DNA from: the human T2T-CHM13v2.0 reference genome, Homo sapiens
NCBI RefSeq assembly: GCF_009914755.1
Contig: NC_060933.1
Length of the DNA: 64,000 nt
Direction: 5' to 3' (one strand)
Position 1 is the first letter of the stretch. Each line of letters begins with the position of its first letter. The notes under the pieces were generated by a model. That model was given only the letters and a program-made list of their open reading frames with translations. It was not told the origin of the DNA and ran no database searches. Positions 12,620 to 28,574 of this stretch are shown here, piece after piece. The translations under genes were made by a program, and so were the position numbers.

Positions 12620-15315
12620 AAAAGGATAAACTTCCCATAGTAAGAAATGTAACTCTTGAAATAAAAATTTCAATGAATGGTTAGATTAATCCCACTGTAG
12701 ACACAGTAAAAGAAAGAAAAATAGCAAACTGGGAAATATTTCTGAAGAAATTACCCAAAAAGAAAAGATGAACACTACAAATTGAGTTTAAGCATTAAGG
12801 ACTCTTGATATATTGAGAATAGATGAATGAAAAATAATATTTGATAAGATAACTAAAAACATTTCTGTATCAATGAAAATTAAAAATCTATAGATACAGG
12901 AATCAAAACCTATATTGAGAAGACAATTTAGAAAAAAAAAAGCATACCTGGATACACTGTAATAAAACTTCAATGGTAGAAATACAGAAACCCCAAAAAG
13001 ATCAGGAAAGACAGATTACGTATAAGGAAAAATGAGTGGGCTGACAGCATACCAAAAGATGTAACAATTAAACCCCAAAGACAATAATATATCATACTTA
13101 AAGTACTCGATAGAAGTAACTCTCAATATAGAACACTATACTTTCCAAAACTATCTTTCAAGAAAAATGATGAAATAATGACATTTACAGATAAGCAAAC
13201 AGTGGGAAAGTTTAGTCTCCCAGATCTTGTTGGAGTAACAGCTACAGGAGGAAGAGAGAAAATAATACAAGAAAGATAGTCTGAACTACAAATAAGCAAA
13301 ATTCATAAATATGTAGATAAATACTGTCTGTGTAAAATAGTATATTTGATTTGGGGAGTTAAAAATGAACAAAAGTAAAAACTAAAATATAAACAAAAGT
13401 AGTAAATAAATGGTAATGGAGCTGATAGGCATTGTTCAGGTATTTTAGGTATTGATACTGTTTACAAGGATGGCTTATAATATTAACTTTAAACTTTGCA
13501 ATGTATATTTCCACAAGTACATACAACCACCATCAAAGAATCAAAGTAGGTTACAGGACTATTACCTTCTCCGTGATAAAGTGCAACAATGAAAGATGGG
13601 AACAACAACATTAAATTGAAAGAAAAAAAGAAAAAATGGAAGAGAAAAAACATATAGAATATTTGAAAAATTAAAATGTAGTCATATATTAATAATCCCA
13701 ACATATGTTAATAAACCAGCTGAAAGACAAGAAGTGTTTAGTTGATTTTTAAAAATTAAATATGCTATGTAAGACACGTTCATATACTATAAGAAAAGAG
13801 AAAGATTAAAACTACAGGACAGCAAAAAATAAACAAGCCAAATACATACCTTGAAATGCTAACTAAGCGAATTATATTAATCTTAGGCAAAATCAGCATT
13901 TTGATAAAAAGATCGTTAGGGTAATAAAATGTCACTACATTATGATAAAATATTTGATTTACTGGGAAGATGTACAATTCTCAACATATATTTCAAATAA
14001 AAAGATTTTGATACATATAAAGTAAAAGCATTCTTTATGTCACTGGTAGCTGGTGTTGAGCAAGGAAGAGGATTGTGAAGTTAATCACAATAGTGAGAAA
14101 TATGAACATGACTCCCTCAAATGGTGAACAAAAAGACAAAAAAAAGTAGTTTAAGTATAGAAGGTTAGAAATAACAAGCCTGATTATTGGACAGATAGGA
14201 TACATAGAATTCTAGATAACAACTAAAGAATGAATTCTTCTCATGTCAAGATCATATTCAAAATTTATAAAACCTCTAGCACATGGAACAAGTCTAACAT
14301 ATTTAAGAGATTTTTGACAAACACAATCTGATGGCAATTACATTCAAAGTCAATTATGAAAGAGAAACAAACAATCTGTATACGTTTAAATACTCCAAAG
14401 TATCTCATGTGTCCTTAGAGAAACCATTTTAAAAACATTTTGAACTTAATGATTTAAAGTTTTTGTTTGTATCAAAATCTGTAGATGCAGTAAAAGGACT
14501 TTCAGAGTAATATATATTCTTAAATGCTCATAATAAAAATATGAAGAATGCCTAAAAATTAATCAACTCATATCTCATCCAGGAATTTGGAGAATAAACA
14601 TTAGAACAATTCTAAAGAAATAAATAGAAAACAATAATACAGAGAAGATCAACAAAATTAAAAGCAAATTGTTTAAAAATATGATAAATACAAGAAATTA
14701 TAAAAAATAAAAAGGTCAGATTTTAAAAGAGACTACAAATACTTAGTACTGCATTTTTATAGGACAGTCATATACATTCAAAGTAGATTAAAATAACATT
14801 TTAAAGCAATATAAAAATTTAATCCAATAATTTGAAAACAGATGAAAAAATAAAGTAATAAAATTCTATGAAATTAGCACCAGAGGAAACAGAAAAATCT
14901 GAAATGCACTGTAAAGAAAATAGGTCCACCAAAATGCTTGTATTGGTGAGTTCTATCACAATACAAAGATTCTTCTGGGTATTTTAAAAGCGTCCCAATT
15001 CATTCAGTAAAATCAATCTAACTTTAATATAAAAACATCGACCTAATCTTAATATAAAAACAGGCAAAAATAGTATGAGAGGAAAAAGTTATACCCAATC
15101 TCTGTCAGCATCATTGATGTAAAAATTCCAATCAAAATATTAACCAACTATACCCAACAATGTTTCAAAAATGCTAAGACTGAGTTTGATTTACCACATA
15201 TTGCAAGGGTTCTGTAGCACTAAAAAAATACAAATATCATTTATCACATGAACAGATTAAGTAATAAAATGTACATAATTATCTCAAAATATATTCTAAA
15301 AGAATTTTGTGTAAT
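12620..15315 (+). mobile_element. Ancient L1M (L1ME-like) ORF1-ORF2 remnant, left part
   Basis: A-rich decayed L1 motifs (aaaactatctttcaagaaaaatgatgaaataatgacattt; attgatgtaaaaattccaatcaaaatattaacc). No open frame. Confidence 0.65.
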
Positions 15316-17706
<2,391 letters not shown>

Positions 17707-18660
17707 AAGAGCTCCTAGAAAACTTACACAATAAAAAATCCTTCGTATTTTTATTAGATACCTCAAAGATATTTAATAAAAATTATAGTGAACATCATTA
17801 TTAATAGTGAACTATTACAAGCATCATTTGGCAACTTTGGTGACTATTCAGGGTTCTGTCTCGCCATGCTCCAAAAGTAAAAAGACCTTATAGAACAATT
17901 AGAAGAAAAAAACAAAACTCTAAAAAAAAATAGCTCTCAGCATAACAAGGAGTCAGTCTAAACTTTAAGACAACTGTATGTATAAAAAGAAGAAAAACTA
18001 CCACATTCCAGTGAATGATCTCTCACATTCCTGTCATAAATTTTGTGATGATCAAGGGTAGTCAGAGAAACACTACAGGCAAAGGGAAGACAGGATCAAA
18101 GTGGCAGTTCAAAAATCACACTAAAACTCATGCCAGAAAATGAAGTCCACCTTGTGGGAAAATATTTTAAAAAATTAAATTTAGAAAATGAATTTTGGTA
18201 CATCAGAGTAATAATGCTAGAAAAGAGGGTTAAATGCATACAATATATAGAAATTGTCTTTAAAGCTTATTAGGGAGTCAAAATTTCAAAAGAGGAGAGA
18301 GATACCCTTTGGTAATTAGGTTGAAAAAGGGGGAAAAAAAAAAAAACCTAGAAGAAAATGAATTCCTAAAAGACAAACAACCAGAACAATCTAAAGATAG
18401 CACAAACGTGCCTTATCTTCTTTTACTCTTCCTCTCTCTCTCTCTTTCTCTCTCCCTCCTTCCCCCACTCCCTTCACACACAAGCGCTTTGCTACACACA
18501 AAAGATGGCACCATTGATCTAGAAATGTCTTAAACTACAAATAAATTAATACATATGAGATCAGTAACATTGTTGAATATATAGTCAATCAATCCATAAA
18601 TATAAAGTAATTACCTATAGAAGAAACAAACTGTCAAAAACCTGAACTTTAAAAATAAAT
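17707..18660 (+). mobile_element. Ancient L1M ORF2 remnant, right part (patchy)
   Basis: Continues the host element after the L1PA (gaacatcattattaatagtgaa), with a further ORF2-like patch at ~18500-18650. Confidence 0.45.
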
Positions 18661-21600
18661 TAGAGACCATGTGGCACCTGATAGAATGACGGATCCCCCT
18701 GTGAATTAATCTTGTTGAAAAATCATAATTAAATGGATCAGTCCTCTGTGTTTAAATAATAATTTACCGAGGAATGCTTTAAACAGCATCACAGAATGAC
18801 AACTGCAAATATCAACTGTGGGAACTTTTATGAAGTAGTCATTAAACAAATATAGACCAGGTCAAAGTAGCTGGGTGCCCTAGATTCTCCAACTTGTTAG
18901 CGATTAACAGAGTCAAATTTTAAAAACTAAAAGATGTAAGAAAGGAAAATAACCAAAATCATGAAGGCCTGATTTGCCAATGCAATTGCATTTCAGTGAC
19001 TCAAAGATGTTTTGATTAAAAACAAATTGAAGGTGTAGAAAATCTGCCAATCTTCCTAGAAATCTGGAGTCTGTCAATAATTTTCAGAATAAATAACAGC
19101 ACATTGGAGTAAAATAGTGTGCTTATACAAATAGCAAAATTAAAATAAGATATGCAAAACTGCCATAAGTGTATTTGAATACTTCTCTTGCTTTTGAATA
19201 TAATTTGTTTATTCCTGTAGAGAACAATATTTTAAAAATAATATTTCTCTTTGAAATTTTCTCAAGATAAATATGGTATCAGGGAAACAATGAATACTGC
19301 TAAGTTTCACTTACTCTTGACAGTTATATGTCTCCTAATAGCTTCTCAACCTTACAGAGATACTTTATTTCCAGCAATCCTGTCAAGGTAATTTTTCATC
19401 ACAACTATTTCTCCACTTAAAATGATAAAAAAGCCTTTATCTTTGGTAATCTACAAGAAGATAAGTACATTTTCTGATTTGCAAGAAGAGGATGTTTCAA
19501 AGCTGGGACTCCAGTGAATCTAATTCATATTTAAATATATTGCTTTGGAAAATTAGAAAATAAAAAGAAAAGCTTATTTCGGCATCATTTGTGGATCAAG
19601 CCCAGAAATTATAAGAAAACATTTTCAAAAATTGCTAGAATTCTTTCTGGTACTTCTAGGTTTAAAAGTTCATAACACAAATTCTTTTATCATAATTTGA
19701 TGAGCCACTATTAATGAGAAATAGTTTTATATTGTCCCAAAAGTGATATACTTAACAGAGGTTTATCACAAAATTGTTGAAACTTAAAGAAAGGCTAAGG
19801 TAATATGAATTGGAAAGAACTATTGAGAATAGCTAACTGGACACCACCTACTACTAAAATATAGCTTGGAGGTGTGATTGCCTAAGTACCTTGACTCCCT
19901 CCCACCATCTCCTCCTAGGATTGAGAGGAGGAAGGGATGCAACTTCATAACTATTTGGGGAGTAACTAACAGAGGAAGAGGAGAAAAGAAAAAAAAAATT
20001 GCTGCTTGAGCTGATTAACTGCCTGCCAGCTATGCAGACCATCCTCCCTCCTCTTGTGGGTGAGCTGAAGGAGCACATATCTTTTCTTACTGTTATGAGC
20101 ATTAATATTGTGGTACCCTCTCTTGTTTCTTGCTGCCTTAAAGGCCCACAAGAATCAATCTTCACGAATATATCACTATATTTTTCTCATTTAGTTCTTT
20201 AATATGGGACTTGGTAAAATTTTTCACACAGAGCAGCAGTTGGAAATTGTTATTTTATTGCACTTTTCAAATTTGTAATAGAGATTTCAAAATAAGCATA
20301 TGTTAGAGTCAAATAAATATTTCTAAAAAATGGAAATACTCAAAGCCAATTTCCATTCACTTGAATCTGGGATACCTTCTTATAAATAATGTAATGAAAA
20401 CATTTATATTTTCCAAGTATCTTACACTGAAACATAATGTTCTTCCTGAAGTGTAAGTGTAGGGTGCGGAGCCCTGTTTCCTTGGTGGACAGATTGTTTG
20501 TCTCATCAACTCTGTGATAAAATATGGACTCAACAATTATCTTGAAGTTTAAGACATTAAAAATATCTGAATGGATATCATTCTCCCTTATTTTTCCTCT
20601 TTCATTATCTCCTCTACTATTGAGTCTCCTAACACTCTGAGTAAATATTGGCCCCAAGCAATATTTGAGTAGCATCAAAACAAATGTTATATAAAGATAT
20701 GATCTTGACACATAAGCCCTACTGAAAGTAATCCCGTCTAAACCCAGTATGACCCCACCTATCAGGCCCCATCCCCTCCCCATGTGACCTTTTCTCACTT
20801 TGATATCTCTTTTAATCAGGCCATCTTAAAAGAAGCAAACACCAGATTGCGTCCCTTCTCCTTACATCTTTTATCTCCTTGAGAGAAATTAATCTGTTCC
20901 ATGTTATCCCTGTGCAGCAAACAGGTCATTTTAATAACAGAAAATTGAATGTTGAGACTAGCAGTTACTTTAATTAAAAGGTGGTCACTAGAGAATTGAT
21001 TTCCTAGCTGGTTGTTGACTTACAAACAGAAAATAATTGGCACATAAACCCAGCAGAGGGACACTACTCAGAACATAGAATCTGTTGACAAGAAGAAAGT
21101 AATAATGCAGGAAAATCATTTACATTTATATAGAAGATGTTATATTTATGTCTATTTCCAGTTATTAGCATTCTAGAGATTAGGAAAGACATCACCTTGA
21201 ACTTTCTCATCATTACCCACTCTCTTTCTCTGACAATTGATGAGCCTGACAATCTCGTTAAACTGCCAACTACATAATTTGCAGAGGCTCTAACTTGCCA
21301 GCCCCTGGAAAACAGCAAAGTGATTGTTTAACACAAACCTGGCACTAATCTTAATGAAAATTTTATTTTATAAGCCAGATTGCTAGCATATCCCCCTCCT
21401 CGAAGTCTGCACTAGCTTGAAGCAACACTGCAAAGAAGACAGGGACAGGAATAGGTGATCTTTTAAGGTTTTTCTTACCTGGTTTTCTCTAGTCCTATAG
21501 TTATATTGGATCCTCTTTCCCATTCTACCAAAGATACACTATATTTTTTATTTTCTAATGACTATTCCCATTTTTGCCATCTCCTACTGAGAATGCTCAC

Positions 21601-21710
21601 ATTTTCTGTCAAAGTCAGGAGGTGATTCTGGCTCTGGGTTTCAGAGACTTTCAAGGTTTATTTCCAAAGAACAAGAAGAAAATTTGTTGTTGCCATTGTT
21701 TTATTTATGG

Positions 21711-21753
21711 TAGGGTAGATCAATGCAAGTGATAGGGTAGATCAATGCAAGTG
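21711..21753. repeat. Tandem duplication, period 22 bp
   Basis: tagggtagatcaatgcaagtg occurs identically at 21711-21731 and 21733-21753. Confidence 0.95.
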
Positions 21754-23905
21754 TGGGTCCTTATGGAGGAATGTTGGGGAAAGAAAAGAAGGTAGGGAAG
21801 GGAGTTACCAGCTTGGGAGCTAAGCCTTGGAAGTGCTTAGGGAGACAGACTGTCCAGTCTCTGTCCAGGTGTTGGTAGAGTACACCAGGACATGCTCAGC
21901 AGATAAGGAAATTGTCTGGAGGCCAACTATTCTTCTTTCCAGCAAGAACTTTCCTCTCCAGCATGCAAAATCCTTTAAGAAAGTCTGCTACCAGCACATA
22001 GCCACGTGACTGTTCAGTCCAAATACTGCCTATCAGTACTTCAGCATTTTTCTCAGTTCCACAAATACTCCAGGACCTCATATTTACAGGGAAAAAGAGA
22101 GTTTTCTGGGTCTCTAATAAGGTGGTGATGGGGAATGCCACTGGAAAGAGCTTTAACTGATGAACAAGATATGTACAGTCATTAGTGATAGCCTCTTTAC
22201 CTTTTGTAATATAAGCTAGATAGACATATTGGGGGTTATAGTATGAAATCACAGATATTTTGAAAGATAGGGGACTTAAATATAATGCTTATGGCAAGGT
22301 CATTAGGCTAAGGTTCTAGATTCTCTTTTGATGACTATTCTTTTTCAACAAATTGGTGGAACCATTTGGACGAATAAGTTAGGCAGTCCCTGAAATTATG
22401 ACAGTTATATTCAATGAGTTAAGTGACCTGTTGTTAATTAAGAAGCTGAACATGAAGTATTAGTGGTTCCCAATTAAAGGAGGGTGTGGGAATATTACCA
22501 GGCACTCAGGGGTAAATTGATTTTCTTTGGAAGCCTACATAGGGAGTCTACTGGCATCACAGAACTTTGTCAGCTGAACAGTATGGTTTGTGGCACAAGG
22601 GTGAGATTTGGAGACAGATACCAGCACCTGGTAAAACAGACTAGTGAGGAGATACAATAATCCAGGAAAAATAAACCTCAAAAATCAAAAGCAAAGCAAT
22701 AAAATATGTACTTTTTTCCTTCCTATCAAAACAATTCAAGAAGCGACAATGCATATAAAGCATAACATCCCTAGTTTGCTTTTGGAAAGGAAAAAGAGGA
22801 CTAATAAGAATTTCAAAGAAAAACACAGAATGTCAACTCTGAAGTAATAAGATTTATTGGCATGCTGCATTTTAGTATTAGATTTTAATAATCACATTAT
22901 AATAGGAATCCACAATGAAAACTGAAAAAGCACATAAAAAGGTAAGAATTCACCTAGTGTTATTAAAATAGCATTGTGAGATATAATTATGTAATGTATA
23001 ATTTTATACATAAAAAATCATTTTAACGAATTGATATTTATAATCAGAGTGGCATCTTTTTTAAGACTTTAAGTTAGTTCGGGTTCTAACATACCAACTA
23101 TTCTAATTTTATAGTAATTATATGACTCCAGCAACCCAAGCTGGTAGAAGTAAATATGATCAACATTCATGTCCTTGACTGCCAAAACACGCTCTGAAAA
23201 TGACAGTGAGGGCTTCTTTGTAGCCTAAAGAGGATTATGTAGACCTCTAGGGAACTGTTTTCACAATTTTAAAAGCAGTGAAGGCCAGATACTCGAATCA
23301 TTTTGAAGTGGCCACTTACACCTTGTTCAACAAAAAGGCAACCTGAACACATAAGATCATATTAGACATGCTTGGTTAAAAAAAAAGACCTTTTAACATT
23401 TTATGTCACTCAAGGAATCATGTTTTATTTCAAATAGCCAAGAATAATTTAAAACTAAGCCTTTAAGTAATCTAACCTTATTCAACATACCTTTCTGGAC
23501 TAGTCACCATGACACTCTAATATGTGAGATGTTATTCTTTTCTAGCATCCAGATCCTATCAATGTTGGGTGCATTTTCATTAATATTTTACTGAGGCATT
23601 TTGAACAACAGATGTTAATTTTCCAGATTAGTTCGACTCTAAAAACATCTAACACCTTACATTCTCTATGGCCTCATTTAGATGGTCTTTGTCAACTCAA
23701 TGCAATTCAAAGAAAGACTCTACCTAAGATAGTTGCTTATTATTTTAGCTGGTAATTGAGTAATAATATTAATACTTGGGAGGAGACTGAGTGGGTAGGC
23801 AGGAACTTCCTTCTTAAATATTCACTAAATACATAAAAGGCCTTTTTTGTTAGCAATAGACAAATTTGTTACAAATTATTTTTATAAGCATTGAAATACA
23901 GCATT

Positions 23906-23937
23906 TGTGTGTGTGTGTGTGTATGTGTGTGTGTGTG
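23906..23937. repeat. (TG)n microsatellite
   Basis: Read directly; one interruption. Confidence 0.95.
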
Positions 23938-24004
23938 GTTTTCTTACTCTTTTTCTTAGATGGGATTATTCGCTCTAATTCAGGCATTCCAGAAGTTTGC
24001 GGTC

Positions 24005-24250
24005 TTTAGAGCAGTGCAAATGAATGATTACAGTCAAGGAATTTAAAGTCACACTACTTAGATTCCAATATTTTATCTGTCATTTATTATTGATCCACAG
24101 CATGTTACTTAAGCTCTGTGTTGTATTAATTTTTTCCTATCTAAAATAAGAATAGATTATACATCACAGTTGTGTTAAGAATCTTATTTCGGTTGATAGC
24201 CTGAAGCCCATGTCCTTAGAACACAGTCAGCACTTAAGAATTATTATCTA
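24005..24250 (+). mobile_element. MIR SINE
   Basis: catgttacttaagctctgtg...ttttcctatctaaaataagaata...catcacagttgtgttaaga...cttagaacacagtcagcac. Confidence 0.6.
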
Positions 24251-26773
24251 TTTTTCAGCATAAAACTTTAAACTTTTACAGGTGAATTTTTGAAGAAAAT
24301 ATGAAAGTATAAATTTAGGTGTGTAATTTCATCCACATTTTTATTTTTAAGAAAGTTGATTACCATCCCTTCAACTTAGAAGATAAAATGTGAAAAATAA
24401 AAGTTTCTGGCTCATGAGTACATACAATCATTAAATGTGTGGTTATTTTTGTATAGCATATATATTATATATGCTTATTATATATATATGTATCCATAGT
24501 TTATAGATTTTACTTAAGAATGCAAATGGAATCCACATATATGCACATATACACTTAAACATGTACTTATTAAAAACAAGAGTAGGCTCCCAAATGCAAG
24601 TTCAGTAAAAGTTTATTACATTTTCAATTGAGAGTAAAAATATTTTATTTGGAATAAACTATTACTTTTACATTTCATGATTTAAATGCTTTCAAGTGTC
24701 TAACTTTTGTGTTCCTTTAGATATATATTTGAACTTAATTTTTTCTGGCAATATTTTAAAACATAAAGAAAAATAAATCTTAACAACCAAATCAAAATAT
24801 TCAGACACCCTCATTGAATTAAAGAAACAAGGAAAAGTATGTTGCTTGTCTACTAGTAGTTAGCTAAGCTTCAGATTAGAATTGGCTGCTCTTAAGTAAT
24901 AAGTCACCATTACCCAGAAAAAAAAAAACTTTGAAAAGTAAACCAGAATATTTTAGCAGTAAAATTTTATAGGCAGTTTCAGGATGACATTTAATACTAT
25001 TTGCCAAATATTCTATTTCTTTTTTAGTACTTAAAGCTCTACAACTCTTCATTATTATACACCAGTAACTTTGATTCATTCTTCTTTCTCAAAAAGGAAT
25101 TACTATAGTTTATATTGTCTTAGCTGAAATGATAAAAATATTATCTCTTAATTATAAATAAATATCCAATTTTTTGGAAGTATTGGTAACTGAAAAAATC
25201 TTCCTGACAATCTGGAATTCTTAGAAGACATTTTGGTGTTTTCAGGAGAGCATAAGAAAATTTAAGGCAGAAATATATATTAAGTTATATTTTGGGAAGT
25301 TTATTTGGAGAACTAGATGCTCTATATCTGTTGGATTTTTGTTGTTGCTGTTGTTGAAATAATTTTTTTTAATTTTCAAATGCTACGTATATAATTTTGT
25401 CCTTCTTAAATTTTCATTCATTCAGATGTTGTAATACTGTATTCTACCAATTTTACTCCTACCTTGAAAATTAATCCTCTCATATTTGAGATGTATGTAT
25501 TATTTTTTCTAAAAATTCTATATTTAAACTCATTTTTTTACTGTGTATTCTGTATATCATTTCAATTACGCACTTCAACAAATATTTGCTGATCTGATAT
25601 ATATTTTCCAAGTCATTCTTATTCTATAGACAGACCTACAGTGATTATCTAGAATAGATAATACATTATATAATATTAATAATTTATAGATCATTATTCT
25701 ATGTAGATATTATCTATTCACAGATAATAATCTATGCTGACAGAAGTCCAAACAGTGGTCACCTTTGTGGTGGCTAATAGGAAGGCAGCAGGAGAGAGAC
25801 TTTTTACATTTCTACATAAATTTTATCTAGAAATTGGTGTTGATTTGGTAACAATTTATCAAATTCTACCCTTAACATTTGTGTACTTTATGTAATACAT
25901 CAATGAATATTTACAAGTTATATGCATATAACATATACTTACATATAACAGGTAATACATTGTGTACATATATACAGTGACTATGCATAAATATAACTAT
26001 AAGCAAAGAGAGATACTCTTAGAAGTTATCATACTTAACTACATTGAGACCAAAATTTGAACTTTGAGAGCAATGATTCTTAGTCAACAGACATATGCTA
26101 ACTTCTTCCAATATGTCTGGCCTGTTGCTTGGTGCTACAGGAAACAAAAATGTATAAGACATTGTCCCTGCCTTGCCAAAGACTTCTACCTTATTATTAC
26201 GTTGTGAGCTCATTTAATACAAGTTGTGCATTATTAATTTCTCTATCCCAGCACCTAACAGTGTAGTGTTCAAAAAAGGTATTCAGTAAGTATATAATAA
26301 ATTAACTCAGTAGAAGGTGAGGAGAGTGAGCCAAATGCATAAACAAAACATATAGATCTACACAGCACATCATTAACCATAAAGGCACACTCGTGAGTTC
26401 CTAGGAAACAGGGAGAAGCTATGTTTAAAACCTTGAGACATTTGTCTACCCAATGTTAGAAAAATACAGACCTTGCTAAAATGAAGAAACAGGATCTACT
26501 AAAATAAACCTTACACAGGTGGGAGAAATATCTTGCTTAGATGACAAGATAAGTGGAGCTCCCTTTGTGGAAGCCTTCATAAGGGAGGTTTTATCCTCTT
26601 GAGCTGTTTCTCAGGGTTTCCTGATGGGTAAACAGCCTTGGACTGCCTATGGGAAACTGATTCCCAAATGTCAGACACCAGTTATGTTTTCTTTAGTCCT
26701 CAGGAAACTGAAAAATATAGGGAGAGCATAGGGCAATTTCATATGTTAAATGTACTTACCTAAAATAACTTTT

Positions 26774-26850
26774 TACATATGTTACTAACCTGCACATTGT
26801 GCACATGTACCCTAAAACTTAAAGTATAATAATAAAAAAAGAAAAAAAAA
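26774..26850 (+). mobile_element. Young L1PA extreme 3' terminus (~55 bp) with poly(A)
   Basis: tacatatgttactaacctgcacattgtgcacatgtaccctaaaacttaaagtataataat followed by an A-tail. Confidence 0.92.
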
Positions 26851-27054
26851 AGATTATGCAATCTTTAACATGATATTAAAATGTCTTCTCTATGCCTTCT
26901 CTGAAATCATGAAATCAAGATTCTATTTTCATTTTATTGGTCTCAATTGGTCAAAAACAAAATGTTGATAACAATAAGTAGACCTCCTTCAGGTCTACTT
27001 ATGAGATAATTATATACATGTATGCACACACAGATACATTATTATGGGTGTGTG

Positions 27055-27427
27055 TGATATTGTTTGGCTCTATGTCCCCACCCAACTCTTATCTCGAATT
27101 GTAATCCCAATAAGTTAAGGGAAGAACCTGGTGGGAGGTGATTGGATCATGGGGGCAGTTTCACTCACGCTGTTTTCATAATAGTGAGGGAATTCTCATG
27201 GGATCTGATGATTTCAAACGTGGCAGTTTCCCCTGCACTCTCTTTCCTTTCTTTCTCCTGCTGCCTTGTGAAGAAGTTGCCTGCTTCTCCCTCAACTTCT
27301 GCCACGACTGTAAGTTTCCTGAGGCTTCCTCAACCATGTGGAATTGTGAGTCAATTAAACCTCTTTTCTTTATAAATTCCACTCTTGGGCAGTATCTTTA
27401 TAGCAGTGTATAAACGGACTAATAACA
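27055..27427 (+). mobile_element. THE1D-like MaLR solo LTR
   Basis: tgatattgtttggctctatgtccccaccc...gtgagtcaattaaacctc...ggactaataaca. Confidence 0.9.
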
Positions 27428-28574
27428 ATATATATAAGCTGGCCTTTTAAAACCAAAATCCTAGAAATATTTACAAAAACTAATCCAACTAAATAAGGCA
27501 CTTCAATTTAAGAAACCATACAAAACGTGAACTGAGCTCTAGCTTTTCATTTATTTGTTTGTTTGGTGTTTATGCCAATGTACCTAGGAAGACAAGAATA
27601 GAATTTCCTTTGGACCTTGCAGGATTAGGCCCCAATATGTATTTGGTTCCTTCCCCTCAATGTTTTGTTGTTGCTGCTGTTTTGTCTGGGTAAATGAGCC
27701 TATGATTAAGATCAAAGGCTAACTATGGGGTAACAGGTATACAACAGTCATAAATAGTAGAACCCTGCATACAGATAAAGAAAATATGAGTACGACAAAG
27801 TTTGCGTGAGTGATGAGGAAATGAAGACAATGAATGCATATGAACTGCTGGTCAACAGGCCAGTGAGGCCACTAGTCCATTATCTTGTATACTCTAATCT
27901 CTTAATATTCTATTTCTTCTGGAGTGGTGATATTTCTCTAATTTCCTTAGATAGACTACTCTACCAGTAATACACCTTCTTCTGCAGGTTTTTCACACAT
28001 TTTAAATCTTCCAAGTTCCAGAGATATTTTACCCAGGCATTTAAAAAAAACAAAGCTAAGGGGGTACTTGTTTTTTTTTAAATGACTGATGATATATCCT
28101 GAATACTAATAGATGGATATGTGAATGGCTAGCTAGGTAAACAGTAGATATAGATACATAGATGTATACATACATACATATAAACAGACTCCAGCATACA
28201 AAAACAACAAAATTGCAATTAATGTTAAATTAAATGTACACAAACTTATCAATGAGTAAAGTGAAACTCAACTAAATTCTTATATAATTTAAAGAATGTG
28301 AGTGTTTTTATCCTTTTCTGTTTGAGTTTCTTATCAATTGTATAACGATAAAAATTATGGTTTTAGATTCCAATTTCACGACCAGAGACTACTTATTTAG
28401 CTTTTCTGCTTTACTTTCCTCATTTGTAAAATCAGTAAAATAATTCCACATAAGGTCTCTGTAGACTGAGTGAAATATGGTAACATCTTCAAAAGTTCTG
28501 TGTTATGTTAATCATTCCAGAAATAACAGTCTAGAATAAAATATGGAATTAATGTCAATTAAATATATATGCAT

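Noticed and set aside
27050-27432. TSD for the THE1D-like LTR at 27055
   Set aside because: The flanks gtgtg and atata do not match, so no TSD is claimed.
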